Assembly: GCF_028641065.1 (NCBI RefSeq)
Contig: NC_073410.1
Location: 17,794,001-17,858,000 of the forward strand
DNA from: Leucoraja erinacea
Taxonomy: Eukaryota
Reading direction: 5' to 3'
DNA: 64,000 bases
Part shown: positions 37,636 to 49,412 of the stretch, in pieces
Layout of the letters: each line of letters opens with the position of its first letter
Numbering within the stretch: the stretch's first letter is position 1
Position numbers and translations under genes: made by a program
Notes under the pieces: model-generated
Seen by the model: only the letters and a program-made list of their open reading frames with translations
Database searches by the model: none
Told to the model about the DNA's origin: nothing

Positions 37636-39900
37636 TAATATATAAAACTCTCGTGCCATCCGAACGGCTGCCGTCCGGCTGTCTTTCTGCCTTTTCATTC
37701 GTTCCCATCGTGTGATGTCACAATGCCCAATGCTCGCAGATGTCCAATCACAATGCCCAATGCTCGCAGATGTGCAATCGGAATGGATCCATTTACATGG
37801 ACGGCTACCGGCTTCATTTCTTCCTTTGATTCACTGCATCTCCGAAACCAGACGCAGAATCGCCGACATATTTTCTATTTCGGCAAAAAATTCACTTTTC
37901 GTTCTAAGTATCAGCTCCTCATTACATTTCTTCGTGTTTACGTACACGTTTTAAATCTAATCCTTCTCCCCCCCCCCCCCCCCCCCCCCCCCAATATTTC
38001 AAAAAATAAACTGGCTTGTCACCCATAGAAGCAGCACCAGCCCCAGCCCCTGGCAAACGTCCGATTGTGTGATGTTACAATGTCCAATGCTCAAATGCAT
38101 TCTTGCCATAGAGGGAGTACAGAGAAGGCTCACCAGAATGATTCCTGGGATGTCAGGACTTTCATATGAAGAAAGAGTGGATAGACTCGGCTTGTACACG
38201 CTAGAATTTAGAAGATTGAGGGCGCATCATATAGAAACGTACAGAATTCTTAAGGAGTTGGACAGGCTAAATGCAGGAAGATGGTTCCAGATGTTGGGGA
38301 AGTCCAGAACAAGGGGTCACAGTTTAAAGATAAGGGGGGAATCCTTTAGGACAGAGATGAGAAAAACATTTTTCACACAGAGAGTGGTGAATCTCTGGAA
38401 TTCATTGGCACAGAAGGTACTTGAGGCCAGTTCATTGGCTGTATTTAAGAGGGAGTTTCATGTGGCCCTTCTGGCTAAAGGAATCAGGGGGGATGGAGAG
38501 AAGGCAGGTACAGGATACTGAGTTGGATGATCGGCCATATTGAATGGTGGTGCAGGCTCGAAGTGCCGAATGGCCCACTCCTGCACTTAATTTATATGTT
38601 TCCCTCTCCACACCCATCTCCCTCTCCCACTCATCCCTCTCTCCCCTACCCCCCTTCCCTCTCTGCCACCCCCCTCCCCCTACCCCTCTGTCCCTCTTCC
38701 ACCACTCCTCCTACCCCTCGCTCCCCACTCTTCCCACTTCTATCCCCTTATCCCCCAATTCCTCTCTCCCCCCACCCCCTCTCTTCCCCTACCTTCCCCT
38801 CTCTCCCACCCCCTCCCCTACCCCTCTGTCCCTCCATCCACACCTCGCCCCCCCCTTCTTCCACCACTTCCCGCCCCCTAGCCCTCTACCGATCCCTCCC
38901 TCCCTACTCTTCCACTTCTCTCCTTCTTCTCTCTCTCCCCCTTCCTCCTCCCTCACCCCTCTCCCTCCCCAATCCCCTTCTCCCCCCCCCCTTCCCACTT
39001 TATCCAACCCCTTCCCTCTCGTCTCCCCCGCCCCCTTCCCCTATCCATGTCCCTCTTCCATCACTCCCCTACCCCTCTCCTCCTCACTCCCCACTCTTCC
39101 ACTTCTCTCCCCCTTCCCTCCACTCTCCCTCTCCCACTTGCCCCNNNNNNNNNNNNNNNNNNNNNNNNNNNNNNNNNNNNNNNNNNNNNNNNNNNNNNNN
39201 NNNNNNNNNNNNNNNNNNNNNNNNNNNNNNNNNNNNNNNNNNNNNNNNNNNNNNNNNNNNNNNNNNNNNNNNNNNNNNNNNNNNNNNNNNNNNNNNNNNN
39301 NNNNNNNNNNNNNNNNNNNNNNNNNNNNNNNNNNNNTCGCCTTCGCCTCCTCTATGTGCCTCTCCCTCCCTACCCTCCCCCTCTGCCCCTCCCCATCCTC
39401 TCTCCCTCTCCTCTCCTCACTCCCTCTCCCCTCCTCTCCTCCCCAATCCCCCCTCCCCCCTCCTCTCCCCTCTCCTCTCCCTCCTCTCCTCATCTCGCCT
39501 TCTCTCCCTCCCTCTCTCCTCCCCCTCTCTCCCTCCCCTCTCTCTCCCCTCTCCCTCTCTCCCTCTCTGCTCTCTCCTCCTTCTCTCCTCTCTCTAATGT
39601 CTCCCTCCCTCCTCTCCCTCTCCTTCTCCCTAATTTCTCACGCTCCCTCCCTCTCCCCCTCCTCTCCCCTCGCCTCTCTTACCTCTTCTCTCTCAATCCC
39701 CTCTCACTCTCTACCCCTCTACCTCTCTAACTGTGACTGTCCTCTTTTCTCCTCCCTATGTGTCCCCTAATAGGGTGTCCTTATGGGGTCCTCCTCTCCC
39801 CCCTCCCTCTCCTCTCCCCTCAATCAAATTAAATCTCCATACTCCCCCTCCCTACACTCGGGTCTCTTCATCCTCTGCCCCTTTCTAGTCTCTCTATCTA
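37636..39900 (+). mobile_element. Second head-to-tail Helitron-like unit
   Basis: Repeats the head of 32940-33300 (ATATATAA..CCGAAACC.GACGCAG.ATCGCCGAC..), then a CR1 3' piece (38098-38600) and the same CT tract. 3' end not identified. Confidence 0.5.
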
Positions 39901-40662
39901 CCCCCCCCTAAGATGTGACTGTAATTTGGGGCTATGTGTCAGTAATAGGGTGGTAAGTGGGGTCAACGGAAGCAAATAAATACTAGCAGCGGGCGGGGGG
40001 GGGGGGGGGGGGTAGTTTTTTTGTAGTTAGTTTGTGTGACGCTACATACTCCAAATTACGTACTCCAAATGTATGGTAATCCAAATGTAGTCTCAACAAT
40101 TGCTCGTGAAACAGTAATATCAACTCCAAGCCTTTACACGAACTACCCTGTCTGATGAAGGCAAATGTGCCAAAGTCATCTTCGTGGCCCTGTCTACCAT
40201 TGACACCGATTTCACATACATTTGGAGAGGTAAGGGGACATTGTAAGGGGACCCCTAACACCGTATGGTATACTTGCCTTCTTCGGTCGTGGAATTGAGT
40301 ATAAGTGTCAGGAAGTCACAATGCAGCTTTATAGGATATTGAGCAGGTCGTATTTGGAATATTGCGTATAGTTCTGGTCGATCCCATTACAGGAATCACG
40401 TGAACGCGTCGAAGAGGGTGCAGAAGAGACATATCAGAATGGTGCTTATGTAATGAGTATTATGTTTACATACATTGTGTTGCTGTATAAATTCCATTGT
40501 CTCGTTTTCGGACATACGACAACAAAACACTCTTTAATCACTCCGGCATCTGCAGTTCCTTTTATCTGTAGATGATTCTCATCGTCGCCGCCGGAGGTCG
40601 CAAGAGGAGACACCTGCTCTCCCATCGCTAGTCACCTCCCCCCATTTTTAAAAGGCGAGGAA

Positions 40663-40701
40663 GGTTTTTGTCGACCTCGGCCGCCTCGTCGCGTCGCTGT
40701 G
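40663..40701 (-). promoter_or_regulatory. 23-RSS of V2
   Basis: CACAGCG (40701-40695), 23 nt, ACAAAAACC (40671-40663). Confidence 0.95.
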
Positions 40702-41722
40702 TATACTCCATGCGCAGAAATACCGGGCTGAGTGATTCGCCGCCAGGCCGGTGAATTTCAGATCGAACTGGTTGTCTTTTCTGACCGCGTAGAGACCGTT
40801 CGTCGTCTCCTTCGGATCCACGTGCATCGGATTCATGGAAAAGAACAGGTTCCGCAGCCCCTCCGCGGCGGACTGTCCGTACCAGTACATATAGTTAGTG
40901 TTGTCCCCTCCCTCCGCCGTGCAGCGCAGCTCCAATAAATTCCCGGGAACTCCTGAAAACGTGGTTGGATTCTGGTGGACGGTCACCGAGTTCACAACTA
41001 AAAATAAAGAGACAAAGAGTGGGGAGAGTGAAAAAGAAGGGGGGAAAGGTTTGAGCGACAGACATTCGAGGGAGGTGTAATAAATGGGGAGGGATGAGGA
41101 GTAGGAGGGTCGCGGGGAGTTTGAGAGAAAGATGGGGTGAGGGGGCTAGGGAGAGGGAGAGGGGAGATATTTAGTGATGTAAAGATAGAATGATAGAATC
41201 AGAGAGACGAGAAGAGGAGGGGGTAGAGAGGGGGAGAGGTTGGAGAAATGTGGAGATAGAGAGATACATTGAAAGAGAGGAGCGTGGAGGACAAGTTATA
41301 GAGAGCGAGAGGACAGGGAGATGTGGTATGAGGGAGATAGATTGAGGGAGTGCGGAGAGAGGAAGAAGGTGATTGAGAGAGATGGGGAAGGTAATATATA
41401 TTGGTGAGACAGAGAGAAAGTGTGGAGTATAATTAGATTCGACAGAAATTCGGAGACATGGATATAAAACAGAGAGAGGTGAAGTGATGGGTAAGGTGGA
41501 GAGAGACAGATAGATTGAGAAGGGGAGGGAGTGATAAATAATAAAGGGGAAAGAAAGAGAGAGAGGGGAGATAGAGATTGACAGAGGGAGAAGGTGATAA
41601 ATACAGAGAGAAGGAAGACGGCAAGGGAGAGATGGGGGATATGGAAGCGGGGAAGAAAGAAAAGCGTTCGGTGAATCCCACGTACAATGAAACCAGGTCA
41701 CCACAGCGAGAAGGAGAAACAT
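40702..41722 (-). CDS. TRBV: TCR beta V segment V2, apparently functional
   Basis: Leader 41722-41686 (MFLLLAVVTWFH+T, GTACGT). Intron 41685-40998 ending tttttAG. V exon 40997-40702 open: VNSVTVHQNP..LRCTAEG..YWYGQ..YFCAWSI. Confidence 0.93.
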
Positions 41723-41759
41723 CTTTCCGTGGGCTCGCTCCACTCAAAGACAGAAGTTA

Positions 41760-41870
41760 GGAGATCGAGCGCCGTACGTGGGAGTGGACCGTAATCGCAC
41801 TGTGCATGGGGTGTGACAGGGGTGACGTGGCATAGAAACGCCCCTTCTCCAAGGGTAACCAATCCCAATC
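41760..41870 (-). promoter_or_regulatory. Putative V2 promoter (CRE-like and CCAAT)
   Basis: TGACGT at 41823-41828 and CCAAT at 41859-41863. TGACGT recurs at the same distance from the paralogous leaders (45076, 48464, 49513). Confidence 0.6.
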
Positions 41871-43646
41871 ATGTGGAAATGTATAAAACCAAGAGAGGAA
41901 TACATCGCGTAGACGTACAGAGTATCTTGCCCAGAGTAGTGAATCGAGGACCCGAGGTCCAGAGGACAGGTTCAAAATGAAGCGGAAAAGATTTAATAGG
42001 AATTTGAGGCGTGACTTTCTCACACATAGGGCGGTGCGTGTGTGGAACAAGTTGTCAGAGGAAGTAGTTGAGGCAGGGGCAATCCCCACATTTAAGAAAC
42101 AGTTAGACAGTCACATCCATAGGACATGTTTCGAGGGTTATGGACCAAACACGGTGAAGTGAGGGTAGTGTAGCTGGGACGTGTTGGCCGGTGTGGGGAA
42201 GTTTGGCCGAAGTTGGCCATACTGTATTACTCGATGACTTCAGTTCAGATTGATGTAGATCGGATTCGTTTAGTAAGGTGTATATTGTCACGTGCACTGG
42301 GGTACAGTGAAAGTTTTTGTCGTTGTGTGCTATCCAGTCCGCAAAAGATTACGAACAATCCATTCAGAGTGGACCCATAAAGAATAAAGTTATAATCTTT
42401 TGTGCAAAATAAAGTCCAGGAAAGTCCGATTAAAGATCGTTCGAAGGTCCTCAATCAGTATAAGGGTCAGGACCGCTCTCTTGTTACTGATTGGACAGTT
42501 CATTTACCCGATAACCTCTGTGAACAAACTGTGCGGAAATAAAAACATTGTCCCACAGGTTCCTGTTCAATTTTTCGCCTATGGTTTTTTGATTCTTAAT
42601 TGTTCTACACTGGGTAAAAGTGTGAATTTACCCTATTTATTCCCCTTGTGATTTTACCCACCTCTATAAGACCACATCGCATCCTCCTGCGCTCTAATCC
42701 TAGCCTGGTCAATTGCTCCCTATAGCTCAGGCCCTCGAGTCCTGGCAACATCTTCGTAAATCTTCTCAGCACTTCTCCAGCTTAACAACAACCTTTCCAT
42801 AACAGGGTCTGCAAAAGTGAACAAAGTGCTCCAAATGTATGGTACTCCAAATGTAGTCTCAACAACTGCTCGTGCAACAGTAACATAAACTCTAAGTCTT
42901 TGCACCCAATACACTGTCTGATGAAGGCAAATGTGTAAAAGCCATCTTCGTGACCCTGTCTACCTTTGACACGGATTTCCAAGGTTTTTGGCAGGTAAGG
43001 GGACATCGTGAGGGGACCCATAACAGCGTATGGTATACTTGCCTTCATCGGTCGTGGAATTGAGTATACGAGTCAGGAAGTCACGATACAGATTTATAGG
43101 ATGTTGTGCCGGTCGCATTTAGAATATTGCGTACAGTTCTGGTCGATCCCATTACAGGAAGGATGTGAAGGCGTTTGAGGGGGCGGAAGAGGCATATCAG
43201 AATGATGCCTGGATTAGAGGGTTCCCCTCGTGATCTTATACGTATCATTAAGAACACACCTCANNNNNNNNNNNNNNNNNNNNNNNNNNNNNNNNNNNNN
43301 NNNNNNNNNNNNNNNNNNNNNNNNNNNNNNNNNNNNNNNNNNNNNNNNNNNNNNNNNNNNNNNNNNNNNNNNNNNNNNNNNNNNNNNNNNNNNNNNNNNN
43401 NNNNNNNNNNNNNNNNNNNNNNNNNNNNNNNNNNNGAGTATTATATTTGCATACGTTGTGCTGCTGCAAGTATAAATTTCATTTTCTCGTTTTCGGACAT
43501 ACGACAATAAAACATTATTTATTCACTCCGGCACCAGCAGTTCCATTTATCTGTAGATGATTCTCATCGTCGCCGCCGGAGGTCGCAAGATGGGACACCT
43601 GTTCACCATCGCCAGTCACCTCCCCCCATTTATAAAAGGCGAGGAG

Positions 43647-43685
43647 GGTTTTTGTCGATCTCGGCCGCCTGGTCGAGTCGCTGTG
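43647..43685 (-). promoter_or_regulatory. 23-RSS of V3
   Basis: CACAGCG (43685-43679), 23 nt, ACAAAAACC (43655-43647). Confidence 0.95.
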
Positions 43686-44975
43686 TAGACTCCATGCGCA
43701 GAAATACCGGGCTGAGTGTTTCGCCGCCAGGCCGATGAACTTCAGATCGAACCGGTTGCCTTCTCTGACCGCGGAGAGACCGTTCGTCGTCTCCTTCGGT
43801 TCCACGTGCAACTCAGTTCTGGAATAGAACAGGTTTCGGAGCCCATCCCCGGCGGACTGTCCGTACCAGTACATCGAGTCACTGTTGCCCCCTTCCTCCG
43901 CCGTGCAGCGCAGTTCCAATAAATTCCCGGGAACTCCTGAAAACGTGGTTGGATTCTGGCGGACGGTCACCGAGTTCACAACTGTAAATAGAGAGACAAA
44001 GAGTGGGGAGAGTGAAAAAAGAAGGGGGGAGGGTGTGAGCGACGGTCATTCGAGGGAGGGGCAATAAATGGGGAGCGATGAGGCGTAGGAGGTCGCGAGG
44101 AGTTTGAGAGAATGATGGGGAGAGGGGATATGGAGAGGGAGAGGGGAATACATTGAGTGATGTGAGGATGGAGGGATTGAAACAGAGGGAGGAGAAGAAT
44201 AGGGGGTAGAGACAGAGAGAGTTTGGAGACATCGGGAAGTTTGGAGATGGAGAGATACATTGAAAGAGAGGAGAGTGGAAGACATATTATAGAGAGCGAG
44301 AGAGGACAGAGACATGTTGTGTGAGGGAGATTGATGGAGAGTTGAGACGAGGGAGTTTAGAGAGAGGAAGAGGGGAATTGAGAGATGGGGTAGGTGAGGT
44401 ATAGTAGTGAGACAGAGAGAAAGTGTGAAGTAGAATTACAGGATACGACAGAGATTCGGAGAATTGTAACAACATCGAGAGAGGTGAAGTGTAGGTGGAG
44501 AGAGACAGGAGAGAGATTGATAGAGAGAGAGGGAGAGATGAAGAATAAAGGGGGAAGTGAGTTGCAGCGAAATGTTCAGTGGGAGATAAAGATGGGAAGG
44601 AATAGAGAGAGGTGTGGAGAATGCGAGAGAGAAGAGAGAGAACGCGACGAGGGTTAAATGGAGAGAGAAATAGTGAGCGATATAGAGAGATTGAGAATAG
44701 AGAGAGAGAGAGCGAGACAGTGGGCGATAGTGAGATGAGGCATAGAGAAAGACGGGAGAGAGGTGATAGAAAAGGAGAGGGAGAGATAAACAATAAAGGG
44801 GAAAGAGAGAGAGAGGAGATAGAGAATGACAGGGAGAAAAGCGGGGAGAGTAAAATGCAGAGAGAATGGAGAGGGAAAGGGAGAGAAGGGGAGATGGAAG
44901 CACGGGGAGAAAAAGGGCGTTCGGTGAATTCCACGAACAATTAAAGCAGGTTCCCACAGCGAGAAGGAGAAACAT
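43686..44975 (-). CDS. TRBV: TCR beta V segment V3, apparently functional
   Basis: Leader 44975-44939 (MFLLLAVGTCFN+T, weak donor GTTCGT). Acceptor AG at 43983-43982. V exon 43981-43686 open, ending YFCAWSL. Confidence 0.9.
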
Positions 44976-46758
44976 CTTTCTGTGGGCTCTCTCCACTCAA
45001 AGACAGAAGTGAGGGGATCGTGCGCCGGACGTGGAAGTGGAGCGGAATTGCATTGTGCATAGGGTGGGACAGGCGTGACGTGGCATAGAAACGCCCCTTC
45101 TCTTAGGGTAACCAATCCGAATCATGTGGAAATGGATAAAACCATGAGATGATTACATCGGCACAGAGTATCTTGCCCAGAGTAGTAAATCGAGGAACAG
45201 ATGACAGATTCGAAGTGAAATGGAAAAGATTTAATAGGAATCTGAGGGGTAACATTGTCGCACATAGGGTGGTGCGTGGGTCGAACAAGCTGCCAGAGGA
45301 GGTAGTTCAGGCAAGGGACAATCCCCCACATTTAGGAGGAAACTGTGAGACAGTGAGAAGGGGGATAAATGCCAGGTTATAGTTCCCTTAGAGGGGAGGC
45401 ATATAACCAGGGGAAGGCGGGGATGGTGATGTTAGGGTAAATGGGAGTGACATGGGAGAAGGAAGGGGAAGGGGGGGAAGGGGCAAAACAGGGAATAAAG
45501 AGGAATGGGAATCCGAAAGGGATGAAGGGCGAAGTGTAGGGAGAAGACTTTCTGAGAGGAGTAGCGAAGGGAAGTACGTAGGTTGTAGTTCAGAGGGTCG
45601 GCAACGACTCACGGTTTAGAGTTTGTTCATTTGATAATTTTAAGGTGGGGACACAAACCTTTCTTTATTGAACGAAGTTCTTTGTGAACTCTTTCTTCAC
45701 TGAGGTATCTTTTATCTCTTTCTCTTATTTCTTTCTTTCTTTCTTCTTTTCTTGTCTTTTCTTTCTTCTTTCTNNNNNNNNNNNNNNNNNNNNNNNNNNN
45801 NNNNNNNNNNNNNNNNNNNNNNNNNNNNNNNNNNNNNNNNNNNNNNNNNNNNNNNNNNNNNNNNNNNNNNNNNNNNNNNNNNNNNNNNNNNNNNNNNNNN
45901 NNNNNNNNNNNNNNNNNNNNNNNNNNNNNNNNNNNNNNNNNNNNNNNNNNNNNNNNNNNNNNNNNNNNNNNNNNNNNNNNNNNNNNNNNNNNNNNNNNNN
46001 NNNNNNNNNNNNNNNNNNNNNNNNNNNNNNNNNNNNNNNNNNNNNNNNNNNNNNNNNNNNNNNNNNATCATTCTACCTTTTTCTTTCTGAGTCGTTTGAA
46101 ATTCAAGGTCTTTCTGACTTCTTCGGGACCGTTAACATTCTTTCTTCTTTCTTCTTCTTTTCTTTCTTTCGTCCTTCCTTCTTTTCTTTCTTCCTGCTTC
46201 TTTCCTTCCTTAACTGGCGTTCTCCTTCGCTTTCTAGTTCCTCCTTTCCGTCTTCACTTTACTTCCTTCCTTTCTTTCCTTCCTTCTTCCTTCCTTCCTT
46301 CTTACCTTCCTCCTCCTTCCTATATTTAAATCCTTCCTTCCTTTACTTCCTTCCTTCAGTACTNNNNNNNNNNNNNNNNNNNNNNNNNNNNNNNNNNNNN
46401 NNNNNNNNNNNNNNNNNNNNNNNNNNNNNNNNNNNNNNNNNNNNNNNNNNNNNNNNNNNNNNNNNNNNNNNNNNNNNNNNNNNNNNNNNNNNNNNNNNNN
46501 NNNNNNNNNNNNNNNNNNNNNNNNNNNNNNNNNNNNNNNNNNNNNNNNNNNNNNNNNNNNNNNNNNNNNNNNNNNNNNNNNNNNNNNNNNNNNNNNNNNN
46601 NNNNNNNNNNNNNNNNNNNNNNNNNNNNNNNNNNNNNNNNNNNNNNNNNNNNNNNNNNNNNNNNNNNNNNNNNNNNNNNNNNNNNNNNNNNNNNNNNNNN
46701 NNNNNNNNNNNNNNNNNNNNNNNNNNNNNNNNNNNNNNNNNNNNNNNNNNNNNNNNNN

Positions 46759-48363
46759 GCCCCTCCACGGCGCACTGTCCGTACCGGTACATAGAGTTAC
46801 TGTTGCCCGCTCCCTCCGCCGTGCAGCGCAGCTCCAAAAAAATCCCGGGTTCTCCTGAAAACGTGGTTGGATTCTGGCTGACGGTCACCGAGTTAACATC
46901 TGGAAATAGAGAGACAAAGAGTGGGGAGAGAGAAAACGAAGGGGACAGGATGTGAACGACGGACATTCGAGGGAGTGGCATTAAATGGGGGAGCGATTCG
47001 GCGTAGGGGGACGCGGGGAGCTTGAGAGAAATGTGGGGAGAGGGGGTTAGTGCGAGGGCGAGATGGAAACATTGAGTCATGTGAAGATGGAGAGATAGAA
47101 TCAGAGGGAGGAGAAGAAGATTAATGATCTGGATGAGGGAATTTAAGGCAATATCTCCAAGTTTGCGGATGACACTAAGCTGGGGGGCAGTGTTAGCTGT
47201 GAGGAGGATGCTAGGAGACTGCAAGGTGACTTGGATAGGCTGGGGGAGTGGGCAAATGTTTGGTTATAATGTGGACAAATGTGAGGTTATCCATTTAGGT
47301 GGCAAAAACAGGAAAGCAGACTATTATCTCAATGGTGGCCGACTAGGAAAAGGGGAGATGCAGTGAGACCTGGATGTCATGGTACACCAGTCATTGGGAG
47401 TAGGCATGCAGGTGCAGCAGGCAGTGAAGAAAGCGATTGGTATGTTAGCTTTCATAGCAAAAGGATTTGAGACTAGGAGCAGGGAGGTTCTACTGCAGTT
47501 GTACAGGGTCTTGGTGAGACCACACCTGGAGTATTGCGTACAGTTTTGGTCTCCGAATCTGAGGAAGGACATTATTGCCATAGAGGGAGTGCAGAGAGGG
47601 TTCACCAGACTGATTCCTGGGATGTCAGGACTGTCTTATGAAGAAAGACTGGATAGACTTGGTTTATACTCTCTAGAATTTTGGAGATTGAGAGGGGATC
47701 TTAGAGAAACTTACAAAATTCTTAAGGGGTTGGACAGGCTAGATGCATGAAGATTGCTCCCGATGTTGGGGAAGTCCAGGACAAGGGGTCACAGCTTAAG
47801 GATAAGGGGGAAATCCTTTAAAACTGAGATGAGAAGAACTTTTTTCACACAGAGAGTGGTGAATCTCTGGAACTCTCTGCCACAGAGGGTAGTTGAGGCC
47901 TAGTTCATTGGCTACATTTAAGAGGGAGTTAGATGTGGCCCTTGTGGCTAAGGGGATCAGAGGGTATGGAGAGAAGGCAGGTACGGGATACTGAGTTGGA
48001 TGATCAGCCATGATAATATTGAATGGCGGTGCAGGCTCGAAGGGCCGAATGGCCTACTCCTGCACCTAATTTCCATGTTTCTATGTTTCTATGTTTCTAA
48101 GGAAATAACAGAGATAGGTGAATTGAAGGGGTTAGGTGGAGAGAGACAGGAGAGAGATTGATAGAGAAGGAGAGGGAGAGATAAAGAATAAAGGGGAAAG
48201 AAAGAGAGATAGCGAATTACAGAGGGAACGTAGCGGGGAGAGATAAATGCCAAGACAGGGGAACGTAAGAGATGGGGGCGTTTGAATCATGGGGAAAAAA
48301 GAGGCCGTTCGGTGAATTCCACTTACAACGAAACCAGGTCCCCACAGCGAGAATGAGAAACAT
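46759..48363 (-). pseudogene. TRBV: TCR beta V segment V4, partial (3' half in gap), conserved Trp->Arg
   Basis: Leader 48363-48327 (MFLILAVGTWFR+T, GTAAGT). V exon from 46899: VNSVTVSQNP..LRCTAEGAGNSNSMYRYGQC. CGG at 46786-46784 replaces TGG. CR1 in the intron. Confidence 0.8.
47119..48099 (+). mobile_element. CR1 3' fragment in the V4 intron (antisense to V4)
   Basis: KFADDTKL..YRVLVRPHLEYCVQFWSP..RRLRGDL-type sequence and an (ATGTTTCT)n tail. Confidence 0.92.
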
Positions 48364-49375
48364 ATTTATGTGGGATCTCTCCACTGAATGACAAAAGTGA
48401 GGAGATCGAGCGCCGGTCGTGGTAGTGGAGCGGAATCGCACTGTGCATGAGATGGGACAGTGGTGACGTCCCATAGAACCGACCCTTCTCATAGGGTAAC
48501 CAATCCGAATCATGTGGAAATGTATAAAACCATGAGAGGAATGCATCAGGTCGACGAACGGAGTATCTTGCCCAGAGTAGTGAATCAAGGACCAGAGGAC
48601 TGTTTCAGAGTGAAGGGAACATATTTATCAGATAGAGAGATAGAATTAGAGGGAGGAGGAGAAGAGGATGTAGAGAGCGGTATAGGTTGTCGACGTCGGG
48701 GAATGTGGAGATGGGGAGATACATTGAAAGAGAGGAGAGTGGAGGACAGGTTACAGAGAGCGAGATATGACAGAAAGATTTGGTGTGAGCGAGAAATATT
48801 CAGGTAAGTGGAGGAGAGGGAGTGTAGAGAGTGGAAGAGGGTGATTGACAGAGATGGGGTAAGGTGAGACATTGGTGAGACAGTGTGGAGTAGAATTAGA
48901 GGATACGACAGAGATTCGGACAAGTAGTGAGAAAGAGGGAGGTGGAGTGAATGGGTATGGTGGAGAGAGACAGGAGAGAGATTGATAGAGATAAAGAATG
49001 AAGGGGAAAGAAAGTGTGCGGAATGTTGAGGGGAAGACCGATATGGGAGGGGAAAGATAGAGATGTGTAGAAGGAGAGAGCGAACGCGAAAATGGGTAAA
49101 TGGAGAGAAAGCTGGGGCGATATCGAGAGTTGTGGAAGAGAGAGGGAGCGAGAAATTGGGCGATAGAGAGATGTGGCATAGAGACGGGAGTGAGAATGAT
49201 AGAGAAGGAGAGGGAGAGATAAATAATAAAGGGGAAGAAAGAGAGAGAGAGGAGATAGAGAATCACATAGGGAGAAAAACGGGGATAGATAAATAGAGAG
49301 AAGGGAAAGGAAAATGTTTAGATGAGGAGTTTGAAGCAGGGGGAGAAGGATAGGCGTTCGGTGAATCCCACTTAC

Positions 49376-49412
49376 AATGAAACCAGGTCCCCACAGCGAG
49401 AAGGAGAAACGT
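49376..49412 (-). pseudogene. Orphan TRBV leader exon (start codon ACG) with promoter and partial intron
   Basis: ACG TTT CTC CTT CTC GCT GTG GGG ACC TGG TTT CAT T|GTAAGT. Intron-like sequence runs to about 48620 with no V exon of its own. Confidence 0.85.

Noticed and set aside
41702-41708. CACAGCG on the + strand inside each V2-family leader
   Set aside because: No nonamer at 12 or 23 nt; it arises from the Leu-Ala-Val codons.
41798-41804. CACTGTG heptamer in the promoter
   Set aside because: No nonamer in either direction, and it is not conserved in all copies.
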